A DNA stretch of 61,309 bases, counting the filler, from Ferroacidibacillus organovorans (GTDB lineage: Bacteria > Bacillota > Bacilli > Alicyclobacillales > SLC66): assembly GCF_001642725.1 (NCBI RefSeq). It is 3 parts of 3 records of this genome, joined end to end, with 100 filler letters (N's around TTAATTAATTAA, not from the genome) between each part and the next. Parts side by side here need not be neighbours in the genome. Positions count along the whole stretch, not along the records: positions 41,272 to 61,309 come from NZ_LSUQ01000046.1; 2 more parts are not named here. One strand, written 5' to 3'. A program made the translations under genes and the position numbers. Below the pieces are notes generated by a model. That model did no database searches. It saw nothing but the letters and a program-made list of their open reading frames with translations, and had not been told where the DNA came from. This document shows positions 49,901-59,493 of the stretch, in pieces; the first letter of the stretch is position 1, and each line of letters begins with the position of its first letter.

Positions 49901-50476
49901 ATCGTAGTGTAAAAAAACATCGGTAATAAAACGTCTTGCCCAGCCCTCTGTTAAGTAGGCAGAACCGAAATCGTGGTCATCAAGAACAAGGCTTGCGTGA
50001 TCACGTACAGCACTTCCATGCAGGTATACAATTCCCTTAAAATTGCTGCCAACAGGTAGCGCAGGGGCATAATAAGTCAGTGTCTCATCTGGAAACAAAA
50101 CCTGGGCGGAAGTAGAAAAATGCTGGTCAAAGTTAGTAGTAACAATACGGCAGCTTTCGGCGTCTCGAAACAAACGAAGAAGATTCCGATGCAAATCGTT
50201 GGGCTGAGAGGACGGATCTCCGATAACATTTCGGACAATTTGGTGAGTTGGAGCACCTGCTTCCTTCAAACGACCTAGAAAACGGTCCAAGGGCTCGTCC
50301 GTTATCTGCTGAGAACTCCCCGACATCTCCAATACGCGTTGAACAAGACCTTTAAACGAAGGGAAGCACGTTGGGCATGCCATTGATACCCCTGCCCCAG
50401 CAAAAATAACCAGACGTCCGCTCAAAAGCGCGTGAATTAAGCGTTCGGGAATTTCAACCTCATTGGTTACCCTCAT
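46946..50476 (-). CDS. SIR2-domain anti-phage protein with DUF4020-like C-terminus (Dsr1-like)
   Basis: VIFAGAGVS, VTTNFD, YLHGS, FGSAYLTEGWA and LFVGYS motifs; long helical body; WNRWLRDYW C-terminal motif; GGAGGT RBS. Confidence 0.8.
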   Translation of the reverse strand: MRVTNEVEIPERLIHALLSGRLVIFAGAGVSMACPTCFPSFKGLVQRVLEMSGSSQQITDEPLDRFLGRLKEAGAPTHQIVRNVIGDPSSQPNDLHRNLLRLFRDAESCRIVTTNFDQHFSTSAQVLFPDETLTYYAPALPVGSNFKGIVYLHGSAVRDHASLVLDDHDFGSAYLTEGWARRFITDVFLHYDVLFVGYSHDDVIMQYLARGLPPSTQRYALAPMGEEAKWHYLGIEPLFYPLGDHHNHSALSHCLEAWAGFMNNGYLETKVFVERVMAFDSPPTDPATVDMLLWHMNEAGVLQLILERASTMSWITWFDSNSVLDSIFESTHKWGDLSTAIANWLGQRATSADSSKVLALIQRKGGQIDQTLWSILVWHFSYMTEDDVLIEPHILASWVHFLISTAPVGKRSAQLVGLFQSSSIRHDGRTCIALFDYLTQPSSVLIPSFNEERDYGIEPSLHSESYQLHDAWQNVIQPSLTENVIQIRMLIARNIEAVHMMLRSTGQANDSFDPVSYTRRSIRPSERQEFGHDFDVLIDAACDVIEHLAANDEVQGRSLINEWIACSSPLLKRLSIYALQSAAFVGVDEKLSFLCNPSLLSSPMLCHDVFELLNACYGAAKKSVRSRFLRTALEAMQRGNIEEVVLYNVCSILHFSAQLLPNDEPTLRAYRRSLKIYPDFRPSEYQNVSAVSAIQTFSQGWGIPIDELLKMSPDEVIKLVEHDSFGFFTETIGRAVKQDFEITWSWAEHLRQSNEWGHPLWKEILFGWSRIELSSDQWGSVLTLIQSHERIDLIADGVANLLMDGLKGSQNTILGIHLSRIEEVTFRILEQTRQSSDSSVDLTLSEHSWYLFALSHAAGKAAGILIEILGYFAKHRLEDWETLMERYLSMFLNLLQGDTQADIAGRVIVAHEMGFLFSIDEQWAKEHVVPRFSWANTDEDLPQQMWHGYLAAGQWSLALIPILLPYYEQGFTLLSQDDSNIVRRQFFNHMAALALFWPGDGHPEWADRFLGEVGEDGRVHWSEQIGWIIGSMSPETKSKLWNRWLRDYWNQRCQGLPRPVSVRESKAMIHWVCEFGDVPELYLESIELIRRCPSPGVNQTRLIYEIKSKNLISIAPSETFELIAYALEGTSYPCYHCADITVLLQQAINDYDVSAQTINNLKAQLIRLGCNQPSGL

Positions 50477-50559
50477 CATTGTGACCTCCAAAGTTTGGTC
50501 GAATCAACCGTGAGATACCTCAATCTCGAGTGGAGCGCCATGTGAAATCCTCCTGTGGC

Positions 50560-51320
50560 TCATTCGGAACTGCGTTGGCCCGCGGGCTTTACCGCGCTTA
50601 TCATCAATACCGGCGGTCGGCGCCGTTCTTCAGCCAGATTCGGTCTTCTTTCCAAAGCCTCTTGCATTGCCTCTGGCTCAAGTACACGCTCGATAACAAA
50701 TCCCTGATCTATAAGCTCATTGAGCAAAGTTGAGAGTTGTCGGTGGTATTTAATCACGCCTTCAATGAACCATGTTTGCTCACGTATGCCTTCCTCTGCA
50801 TAGTTGTCAATGGACCAGTAAAGCTTACGGCCGTCAGTATCCTTTACCCAGTGCCCACAGCTTGGTAACTTGGCTGTCACAATCGGATGCTCACATAAGT
50901 AGACAAACTCCCCCCTGGTCGCAACCATCTGTAGACCTCTATCAGAAGACCGGTATAGTCTGCCACATAATGCATGACAAATGAACTAACTACAAGATTG
51001 AAAGCATTGTCCTGAAACTGAACTTCCTCAATGTCCATTTGTATATACTCTATATTGTCACCCGCGTTTTGCGCACGAGCATAACTGATCATCTTCTCGG
51101 AGATATCCACGCCTACAATCCGCTTTTCGGCGGAATCTGCACAGTAGGCGGCGAACTGGCCCATTCCACATCCGAGATCCAACACTTCCAAACCCGACAA
51201 TGCGGGTAAAAGTGAGCGAATGGCGGGTTGCTCCAGAGCGTCATTCAAACCGGATCCAGTCGCTCGTAGCTGCTTGTAGCCTTCAAAGAATGTTTCATTA
51301 TCATAGGCTTTCTGATTCAT
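50560..51320 (-). pseudogene. Class I SAM-dependent methyltransferase, frameshifted in a G6 run
   Basis: VLDLGCGMG and VGVDISE motifs. Adding one G at 50910-50915 gives LRPGGEFVYLCEHP and joins the two ORFs. Confidence 0.8.
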
Positions 51321-51340
51321 CACATCGTCCTTCCTCAAAT

Positions 51341-52198
51341 TCAGCCGAACAAGCCAAGCAAAATCACACCCACTGTAATCAATCCCGCCGCCGTAATCCT
51401 TCGACGGCCCTGTGCTTCCTTGAGAACCACAATGCCTAGAATCGTGCCGAAGACAGTTCCGATCTCCCGCATCGGAGCAAGTTGCGCGACGGGTGCCAGA
51501 TGAAGTGCCAACAGGAAGAGCAGGTATCCACCTGGTGAAATTACGCCGCCCACGAGGATCGTCTTCCAATTTGCTTTCCACTCAGCTTGAATGGCACCCG
51601 ATTGCGTCGCCAGCCAGGACAAGGCAATCAGGTTCCCTAGATTGCTGGCATCATTCAATGTCACGACTGGAATGTAATGCAGGGTAATCTTGTCGAACGT
51701 TGTATATGCCGCAATCGACAACCCAACCTCCAATGCGAGCCAGGTTGCCTTTGGGGCAAGACTTGGCCCATCTAAACGCCCGCCAAATCGCCAGTTTCCT
51801 AGAATCCAGATACCGACCACCACACCTGCTACACCGATCCATCCTAAAATCGACAATTGCTCGCCAAGCACAAAAACGCCAATCAGTGGTACTAAAAGAG
51901 GGCTCACACCACGCATCAAAGGATACACTTGTGATAAGTCTCCAGCATTGTATGTCTGGGACAATAAGACGACGTAGACGCCGTGTAATGTAACGGTAAC
52001 CGTAAGCAACAGCCATCCCACGAACGGTATGTGGTGGCGCCAAATGGCCGTGAGTGCAAAAGGTAGATACAACAACACAGCTACCCACTGGATTGACCAA
52101 AGAAACACGACTTTGTTTACGCTCTGCTTCGTAAATAGGTTCCAGACTGCATGCAGCAAACCGGATGTGACTACGAGAAAAATGACAGTCGAAAACAA
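51341..52198 (-). CDS. EamA/DMT transporter
   Basis: LHAVWN, GDLSQVYPLMRG and LAPMRE motifs. Confidence 0.9.
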   Translation of the reverse strand: MFSTVIFLVVTSGLLHAVWNLFTKQSVNKVVFLWSIQWVAVLLYLPFALTAIWRHHIPFVGWLLLTVTVTLHGVYVVLLSQTYNAGDLSQVYPLMRGVSPLLVPLIGVFVLGEQLSILGWIGVAGVVVGIWILGNWRFGGRLDGPSLAPKATWLALEVGLSIAAYTTFDKITLHYIPVVTLNDASNLGNLIALSWLATQSGAIQAEWKANWKTILVGGVISPGGYLLFLLALHLAPVAQLAPMREIGTVFGTILGIVVLKEAQGRRRITAAGLITVGVILLGLFG

Positions 52199-52307
52199 AA
52201 TGAGCCTCCGATCGGGAATTGGCCATATCTGGCCTCACCCTGCCCTGAAGGTCTATTCAATTGCTTTCAGATTATCAGATCGATTAGATAGGTACAATCG
52301 CTTGTGT

Positions 52308-52812
52308 TCATCTTTCACCGAGAAGCCATGACTGAATCTTCATCCGTTCAGCCAGCGTCCCTGAGTGGAACTCAAATTGCGTACCATCGGGATCGAGAAA
52401 ATTGACGGTCCAACCTCCGCCACGCTCCACTGGAGCACGGATAATTGGAACATTCTCCGATTTCAAAGCATCAACAGCGGCGTGCAATTCATCTTGCGGA
52501 GTATACTGCGCCACGTGATCCACGCCGAGGTGCGGCCTATCCGTCGTCTTCATGGCGTTCGGTTCAATCCCATAGACTTGAAAGCCCTTAGCCTCATAAT
52601 GCGCATTCGCGACGTCGTTATCCTTCACAACGGAGAGACGAAGTTGCACCAAGCCATCCAATTGCCGTGCCCGCTGAATCAAGTCAGCGCCCTATCCCCC
52701 ATGATCCCATGCCCCCGAGCATCAGGTGACACAAACAGAGCGACCACGTTCGCGATGTGTCGTGCCTTGTTGCTCGCTCTCGAACAAGTGTCACCGTTCC
52801 CACCAGCTGATC
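52308..52812 (-). pseudogene. Mosaic remnant: frameshifted GNAT fragment fused to a VOC/glyoxalase C-terminus
   Basis: DQLVGTV/HIANVVALFVSPDARGHG/LRLSVVKDN..YEAKGF across three frames, then GVDHVA..NFLDPDGTQFEFHSG. Confidence 0.7.
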
Positions 52813-53222
52813 TGATGCATCAGTCCCGTAGCCGTTCCGTGCGAATGCATCTGACCATAGGTGGCCTGGCCAGGAATGAATCTCTCTCCGTCGCAAAAAG
52901 TCATGACCATGAATCCCTGCCCCGATGGTGTCAAATGAAGTTGAGCTCCCTGATGCATCCGAATTTGTGGACAGGGTAGCCCCTGGCTATGTAGCTCAGA
53001 CTGCCAACGAAGCGCTCGAACGAAAGCCGATTCATCATACAATCGATATCTGTCCGAATAATAACTCTTGAGCAGAAAGACGCCATGCATGGTATCCAAC
53101 TTCCATTTTCAATTCAGCCATCCACGAACAACCGATTGCGCATCAAGAATAGTGAACCCGAACCATTTCTGACTGATCTCGCAATGTTCATCAAACTCAT
53201 GATCATCGGGTCGCAGTTTCAT
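52791..53222 (-). pseudogene. Phosphotransferase (APH/homoserine kinase-like) N-terminal fragment
   Basis: RGWLN*KWKL (TGA 53109-53111), FLLKSY and GLPCP motifs; catalytic half missing. Confidence 0.65.
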
Positions 53223-53253
53223 TCACCGACTTTCAAGTTCTTGTCATCAATCT

Positions 53254-54093
53254 TTATGACTTCAGAAAATTTTCCAAATACTCCGCGAATTGGTCCGACT
53301 CCTCAAGAAATGGGTAGTGATTGCTCTCTTCAAACACGGCAATTTCTGAGTTTGGCATTTGCTTGCAAATCTCTTCTGAACAGCGGATCGGACACTGAAC
53401 ATCGTGCCTGCCGCACATCACCAATGTTCGAATCCTCACATTTGCTAGTTCCCTAGTCAAATCGAATCTCGGAAAATCACTTTTAGAGAAATGTTCCAAC
53501 CTCGAAGTTGCCACACCTTTTCGGATGGCTCCTCCAAAATACTGAGCGTAGTTCTCTGACTTAAACAGAGACAGTTTCGTTATATCCTGACTATACGTTT
53601 GCTTTTTCTCTGTTGCGATATCAGGCTGCAACTGTAGGTGTCGTAACTCCTGCATCCGACTGAACAGCGGGTGATCTGGGTGGTAAATGCAATCTGGCTG
53701 GCCTGCATAATCCTTCGATGCTGCGGCTCCAACTACAATCAGCGCCGAAAGAGATTTCGGGTGTCGAACCGCATACATCAGGCCCAACATTCCCCCCGTC
53801 GAATGGCCGGCAAACTCCCATTTTTCGAATCCAAGAAACTGTCGAATGGCCTCCAAATCTTCCACCGTCTCGTCCATGTCCAGTTCTGCCGGATTACTTG
53901 CCTTTGGCGACTGTCCAGCCTCTCTTAAATTCACGAGAAACACCTTTCTATGAAGTACAAATAGGTTGGCGAAACGGTCTCCGGTTTCATTGAATTCAGA
54001 GTAAAGATGCGTTATGCAAAGCGGTTCCCCTTCTCCACGTACAAACACTTCAAACGTTCCGCGATCCGTTGGGATCATTGCTCGCTCCCACAT
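53254..54093 (-). CDS. Alpha/beta hydrolase (proline iminopeptidase-like)
   Basis: GHSTGG, GRHDVQCP and SNHYPF motifs. Confidence 0.9.
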   Translation of the reverse strand: MWERAMIPTDRGTFEVFVRGEGEPLCITHLYSEFNETGDRFANLFVLHRKVFLVNLREAGQSPKASNPAELDMDETVEDLEAIRQFLGFEKWEFAGHSTGGMLGLMYAVRHPKSLSALIVVGAAASKDYAGQPDCIYHPDHPLFSRMQELRHLQLQPDIATEKKQTYSQDITKLSLFKSENYAQYFGGAIRKGVATSRLEHFSKSDFPRFDLTRELANVRIRTLVMCGRHDVQCPIRCSEEICKQMPNSEIAVFEESNHYPFLEESDQFAEYLENFLKS

Positions 54094-54136
54094 GGACACC
54101 CTACCTCCCTATAGGCTATCATCCGTCAACGACTCG

Positions 54137-54745
54137 TCAGCAACTCGATCCCTCCTTTGGATGTTCATGAACCACACGCACCTTCGGCCATTTCTTCACA
54201 ATTTGTTTGTCAGCGAGACGCTGTTCGAAAATCTGCTCAGTCACTCGCCGAGGATTTCTACGACATACCAACTCAAACAAATCGTTCAGTCCACACGGTG
54301 CAACAATGAGAAACTCATCATCATCATCAAGAAGACGGACGGCGACGCTCGTTGCTGTTTCTGGCCAAGTCCCAACCCCGTCTTCACTCGAAGCGAGTGA
54401 TTCAACGGGGAACCCAAACTTTCGCTCGTACCACAAGTGAACAGCCGCCTGATTCCTTGCCTGCCAAGGCATCTTCGGCATGAGATGATACAACGTCCGC
54501 TCAATCTCCAAGTCTCTGTTCGATTGTAAGTTCGTCGGATCAAAATACGCCACGTCGATATCATTCAGCGGTGTCGGCGTAGAATCATCGTGTAACCAGT
54601 CCCACACCAGTGTGCGAATGACACCACCACCAACCAGCCAATCAGGCGGATTGCATTCACGCACCACACACAAGGCTCGCATGAACCAGTCTGTTGCGCG
54701 CAACAATGCACGTAAATCGTGCTCATATTGACGATTGTCGGTCAT
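54137..54745 (-). CDS. Nucleotidyltransferase family protein (DUF925-like)
   Basis: GGVIRTLVWD, DIDVAYFD, NQA and WPETAT motifs. Confidence 0.85.
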   Translation of the reverse strand: MTDNRQYEHDLRALLRATDWFMRALCVVRECNPPDWLVGGGVIRTLVWDWLHDDSTPTPLNDIDVAYFDPTNLQSNRDLEIERTLYHLMPKMPWQARNQAAVHLWYERKFGFPVESLASSEDGVGTWPETATSVAVRLLDDDDEFLIVAPCGLNDLFELVCRRNPRRVTEQIFEQRLADKQIVKKWPKVRVVHEHPKEGSSC

Positions 54746-54915
54746 GGCGCCACTACCTCTACCTTGAGTCGGTCGGGATCCTCAAAGAACACTGCGTAGT
54801 GTTCCGCTCCACCCGCATACGGGTTTCTGTCTTCATACAAAATGTGGATCCCCCTAGCCCTCAATAGAATCGTGAGCTCGTCCACCTGTTGACGAGATTG
54901 TGCGATGAAAGTCAA
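54742..54915 (-). pseudogene. VOC-family C-terminal fragment
   Basis: SRQQVDE..YAVFFEDPDRLKVEVV with no N-terminal half. Confidence 0.7.
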
Positions 54916-55438
54916 TCTCTCGGGAACCTGCAAGCAATTTGTAATAGATGACCGTCTCATCAAACTGCCCATCCGCTGATCGAGCATACTGTGGAATTCG
55001 TCCGACCTCCACGAACCCCAGTGAGCGGTATAACGTATTGGACGGGTCTCCCGCACGAGTATCCAGAACAAGCAATGACCGACCCGCTTCCACTGCCGCT
55101 CGTTCCGCCACATCCATCAACTGCCTTGCAATTCCCAATCGCCTTTTCTGCGGATGAACCATCAGTTTGGCGATTTCCGCCCTGTGCGCACCGTTTTGTT
55201 TCATGGTCAGATGCAATTGCACCGTACCTACGATTTCACCATCATAATCGGCCGTCCACAGGCGAACACTTGGTTCGAGGAGATGTTCCCAATACAATTT
55301 TGCATCCGCGTCATTCAGCGGTGGCAAAAAACCGATGGATGCCCCATCGGCTACAACTTCAATCAATAAGGAACAGAGCGAGTTCAAATCTTCTGGATTC
55401 CACTCCGTAACCTCAACGATATGCAATCCATTGGCCAA
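54854..55438 (-). CDS. GNAT acetyltransferase with a read-through tail into the VOC remnant
   Basis: GASIGF, AEIAKLMVHP..RLGIA and LVLDT..LYRSLGF motifs; TTG start after GGAGGT. Confidence 0.88.
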   Translation of the reverse strand: MANGLHIVEVTEWNPEDLNSLCSLLIEVVADGASIGFLPPLNDADAKLYWEHLLEPSVRLWTADYDGEIVGTVQLHLTMKQNGAHRAEIAKLMVHPQKRRLGIARQLMDVAERAAVEAGRSLLVLDTRAGDPSNTLYRSLGFVEVGRIPQYARSADGQFDETVIYYKLLAGSREIDFHRTISSTGGRAHDSIEG

Positions 55439-55849
55439 TGAAATACCTCCATCGTTTGCTATAATTGAATTTTCCATGTCGCTTGGATGGCTTACTTTTC
55501 ATCCGATTTTGCAGGTCGATCCCTTCGATCCATCAATGTGGCCAAACACTTTTTCATCGTGTCCTCCCCATTACGATTGTTGCTATGATTAATATAGAAA
55601 GTTTACCGCATGCGCCGAGCAAGTGGTATCGTAAATAGAGTGAATCATACAAATCCCCACAGAATGGAGGAACTAAAGGATATAAAGCATCATCATTACA
55701 TCACAGTACTTATCATTTCATTAGGAGGAACGTCATGGGCCGGAAGTCGGAGAACTTCTCGTCGGGGCAAATCTCAAAATGATTGTGGGTTGCCAGTTTC
55801 GTTTTTGTTCAAAAAAACTAGTCCAGAACTAGGTCAGTGTATTTTTAAA

Positions 55850-56081
55850 TCTCCATTGTGACAATGATGTGCGAAGAAAACGCTTACTAAAGCGAGGATG
55901 GACTGAGGAACAAGTTATCGAGTATCAAAACTTTGCACAGTGGCTTTTGAACAATGCAAGCTCCAGATTCGACCCACAGATGCCCACGATAGATACGTCC
56001 AATACTCTACTTGATGAAGTAGCGTCCGACCATTGCAGGCTGGATTCAGGCCCTTGTTTCTTGAACAAACGGAGGCGTTAG
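55850..56081 (+). pseudogene. Probable C-terminal remnant of a nucleotide-kinase-like protein
   Basis: RRKRLLKRGW..IDTSN..DEVA resembles the lid and final strand of P-loop kinases; no intact P-loop. Confidence 0.35.
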
Positions 56082-56506
56082 CGTAATAAGCAACTTGGTC
56101 AAATTTATCTACTTTAGGATCTGAAACTTAGCATTCACGTGTTCTCCTTCGGGTCAAAAAGGCATATCTTTGGGACATCTGACGCCTCACGCATACTCTC
56201 TTGCAAAGAAAATTACCGCCCCTGCCTTCATTAAACATCCCTCCCACGACTTTGAAAGCAACGCCGAAAAGCGATAGACATTGCCCCCAACGAACTACTT
56301 ATTTACAAGATCAATCTGATTGTTCATAGATTTTCGCTCCTGAAATATTGGGCATCTGAATAAAGGTCGACGAATATTGTGCTATGATTTATTCAATCTA
56401 AAGTGCAAAGGGGTACGCTTGTGTATTGTGTTCAGCCCAGTCCTAAATCAAAAAAATCAGGGGATTATTTGTTTTTCAACCCCCAATTAAAGGGAGATCT
56501 GTAAAA

Positions 56507-57013
56507 GTGGCGAATTTAGTAACGAAACGTCTTCGCATGGTGTCGTGGAATATAGAATTGGTGCAGGCAGCAATTGAGGACAAGTCAAAATTGTCCCGAT
56601 TACTAGGGCTTGAAGTACCTCACGATTTTCCAAGTGAGCCGGTTCGTGAATTCGTATTACCAATGACATTGGAGGCGCTTGAACGGGATCAAAGCATCGG
56701 GCAATGGAGTGGCATGATCGTCAATGTTTCTGATGCTATTTTGATTGGAACCATGGGTTTCAAATCCTCGCCTGATGAATTTGGGAATGTGGAAATTGGC
56801 TACGACATAATCTCAAAGTACCAGGGGCACGGATATGCTACAGAGATGGCTCAGGCGTTGATTGAATGGGCTTTCCATCAACCTAACGTTAATCGTGTTA
56901 CTGCGGAGTGCCTGGTCACTAACACACCATCTGTACGTGTGCTTGAAAAAATCGGCATGAAAAAGATATCTCAAGTGGAAGAGATGATTTATTGGGAAAT
57001 CGCTAAGCGGTGA
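56507..57013 (+). CDS. GNAT acetyltransferase (RimJ/RimL family)
   Basis: VEIGYDI..QGHGYATE and NTPSVRVLEKIGM motifs. Confidence 0.9.
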   Translation: MANLVTKRLRMVSWNIELVQAAIEDKSKLSRLLGLEVPHDFPSEPVREFVLPMTLEALERDQSIGQWSGMIVNVSDAILIGTMGFKSSPDEFGNVEIGYDIISKYQGHGYATEMAQALIEWAFHQPNVNRVTAECLVTNTPSVRVLEKIGMKKISQVEEMIYWEIAKR

Positions 57014-57495
57014 TATGAATCATGACGTAATTTGTAGACTTTAGACTTTAAAACTTACCATTCTCCCCTCACGATTTCGCTAACAGCGCCGAAATTTGCG
57101 TCCTCATCATGCATTCCCCCGTCACTTCATCTCGCGTAAATGACACAACTGCTCCTCCATCTAAACTACCTCCCTACGCAACCGCACCTCCGCCACACGT
57201 CCAAAACCGTCCCCTGTGTGTTTCAAATTCAAACGTCCAAAAACACCTGAAGGTCAGCGGTTTCCACAGTTCTCACTTTATGTGGAACATTGCTGTTTCG
57301 TGGCAGACCAGAGCACGCTTAATTTTGACCTGGGCAAAACCCAGGCATAGCCATCTGGCATCGTGCTCCTGATGAATCATAGTCGATAGGCGAAAGCCCA
57401 TTGACGTGTGCATATGCTAAAATAGTAGAGTCTAAGGCTAGCCTGATACACACTGGAAGTCCGAACACAACTCGAAGTCCAACGGGGGTGCCGGC

Positions 57496-59316
57496 ATGCC
57501 AAGCGCAGCCAAGAATCGGATCCGGATCGAAGAGTTATTGAGATTACCGAATATTTGGAGTGTCGTTCCGTCGTGGTCTAGGCAGCAAATTGCATATTTC
57601 AGCGACGAGACCGGGCGGTTGGAACTGTACGTGATGGATTTACATACACGCCATGCCCGACGAGTGACGGATGGTCAAGCGCCAAAACACCTGATGGCCG
57701 GGTTTGTGTGGACACGCGATGATCAGGCGATCGTATTTGCGAAAGATACGGATGGCGATGAACAACACAACTTGTATCGGTTACACCTTCTGGACGGTTC
57801 AGTCATCCAACTGAATGATGATCCGAAAAGTCAAGACTATCCGGGAACCGTGGCACAAGATAACCGCTCCATGCTCGTCAACTCAAATCGAAATGGACAA
57901 ATGAATGTATTTCGCTTCTCCTTTGAAGACCGCGGATGGACGCAGTTGACGCACAGCAGTACGCCTGCCGGTGGCGCGACCTGGAGTTCTGACGGGCAGC
58001 AAATTGTCTACATGACGAATTTATCTAGCAATCTGCGAAATCAGGACTTGTACATCATGGATGCGCATGGTGGTCCGTCAGAATTGCTCTGGCATCTACG
58101 AGATGGCTCGCGTGAGAGCATCGCAGATTGGCACACGGATGGATATCGGCTGGCCGTAAGCTCTGATGAGACAGGGGTCAATCGACCCGCAGTCCTGAAC
58201 ATCGAGACACGCGATGTTCAATGGTTTGGTCCCGGAACGGCTGATGAGTATGCGGCGGCCTTTTCAAAGAACGGACGTTGGCTTCTGACGATGCGCAGCG
58301 AAGAGTCAGCGATATTTCCCATTTTGTACGACCTTGAAACTGGCGAAACCAAGACGCCCAGGTTGCCGGAGGGCATCTCATACAATGTAAATTTTGTACT
58401 TGAGGATACAAAACTGCTGATCTCACAATCCGCGTCGAATCGTCGCACGCAAATCCTTCTCTACGACATCGCGACAGATTCGTTTGAAGTGCTGTGTCCC
58501 GCGGCGTATGGTGACATGGATCCTGACTGGTTCGTGGCGGATCAACACGTGTTCTATCCATCGAGCGACGGCGTTTCCGTGCCTGCCTTGCTGTGCGTGC
58601 CTCAGGATATCGAGCCGGGAGCACTATTGCCCGCCATTCTTTATATTCACGGGGGTCCGACGGGTCAGTTTTATCGCAATTTCGACGCGCAAGTACAGAC
58701 CCTTGTGGATCAGGGCTACGTCGTTCTTATGCCGAACATTCGAGGATCCACAGGGTACGGCGTGGCTTGGCGCGATGCGTGTCTGCAGGACTGGGGTGGC
58801 AAAGACTTGGATGATGTCGTCGCAGGCGCGACGTATCTAAAGAGCCTTGGCTACGTTGATCCTCAGCGGATCGGCATCTACGGTATTTCATATGGCGGTT
58901 ACATGAGCTATATTGCGGCCGTGAAAGCGCCAGATGTATTTGCGGTGAGTGCGCCGTTCGTAGGGATTTCAGACATCGAGCAATTGTACGCGGAGAGCAT
59001 GGAGCATTTTAAATACTACCTGCGCCAGCAAATGGGAGATCCCGATACGCACCGAGATCTATGGCGAGATCGTAGCGCCGTCACACACGTCGATGCCTTG
59101 CGCGCGAAGATGCTCATCGTCCACGGTGTGAACGATCCCCGTTGCCCGATCAGTCAGGCTCGCGGATTTCGCGAACGGATGCTCGCACGCGATTTGCAGG
59201 AGGGTCTCGACTTTGCGTATTACGAATTTGAAGAGGGGCATGGCGCGTTCGGCGACAGTGAGGGCGAGATTCGTAACTTCAAGCTCTTGCTCAATTTCCT
59301 GGAGCGTCATCTCTAA
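57496..59316 (+). CDS. S9-family (acylaminoacyl/prolyl oligo-) peptidase
   Basis: Beta-propeller repeats, HGGP, GISYGG, HGVNDPR and EGHG catalytic triad. Confidence 0.93.
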   Translation: MPSAAKNRIRIEELLRLPNIWSVVPSWSRQQIAYFSDETGRLELYVMDLHTRHARRVTDGQAPKHLMAGFVWTRDDQAIVFAKDTDGDEQHNLYRLHLLDGSVIQLNDDPKSQDYPGTVAQDNRSMLVNSNRNGQMNVFRFSFEDRGWTQLTHSSTPAGGATWSSDGQQIVYMTNLSSNLRNQDLYIMDAHGGPSELLWHLRDGSRESIADWHTDGYRLAVSSDETGVNRPAVLNIETRDVQWFGPGTADEYAAAFSKNGRWLLTMRSEESAIFPILYDLETGETKTPRLPEGISYNVNFVLEDTKLLISQSASNRRTQILLYDIATDSFEVLCPAAYGDMDPDWFVADQHVFYPSSDGVSVPALLCVPQDIEPGALLPAILYIHGGPTGQFYRNFDAQVQTLVDQGYVVLMPNIRGSTGYGVAWRDACLQDWGGKDLDDVVAGATYLKSLGYVDPQRIGIYGISYGGYMSYIAAVKAPDVFAVSAPFVGISDIEQLYAESMEHFKYYLRQQMGDPDTHRDLWRDRSAVTHVDALRAKMLIVHGVNDPRCPISQARGFRERMLARDLQEGLDFAYYEFEEGHGAFGDSEGEIRNFKLLLNFLERHL

Positions 59317-59334
59317 CATTACGTGTGGTCAGAA

Positions 59335-59368
59335 AAGCAGGAGCCTTCTCACGCGAAGGCTCCTGCTT
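59335..59368. terminator. Intrinsic terminator between convergent genes
   Basis: 14-bp stem AAGCAGGAGCCTTC/GAAGGCTCCTGCTT. Confidence 0.8.
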
Positions 59369-59493
59369 CGATTAGGAAAGTCCATAATTTTGTGGAAAAA
59401 TATTCCCCAATCATACACCAACTCCCCCTATCTACGACCCCTTGTTTGTTGTTACATCTCGCCTTGCTGTTAAAGCTTTTCCCCGCAGACTTA

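Noticed and set aside
53109..53111. Second in-frame TGA, in the phosphotransferase
   Set aside because: It does not appear to be at a Cys position and the gene is truncated anyway, so it is an ordinary nonsense lesion and not Sec.
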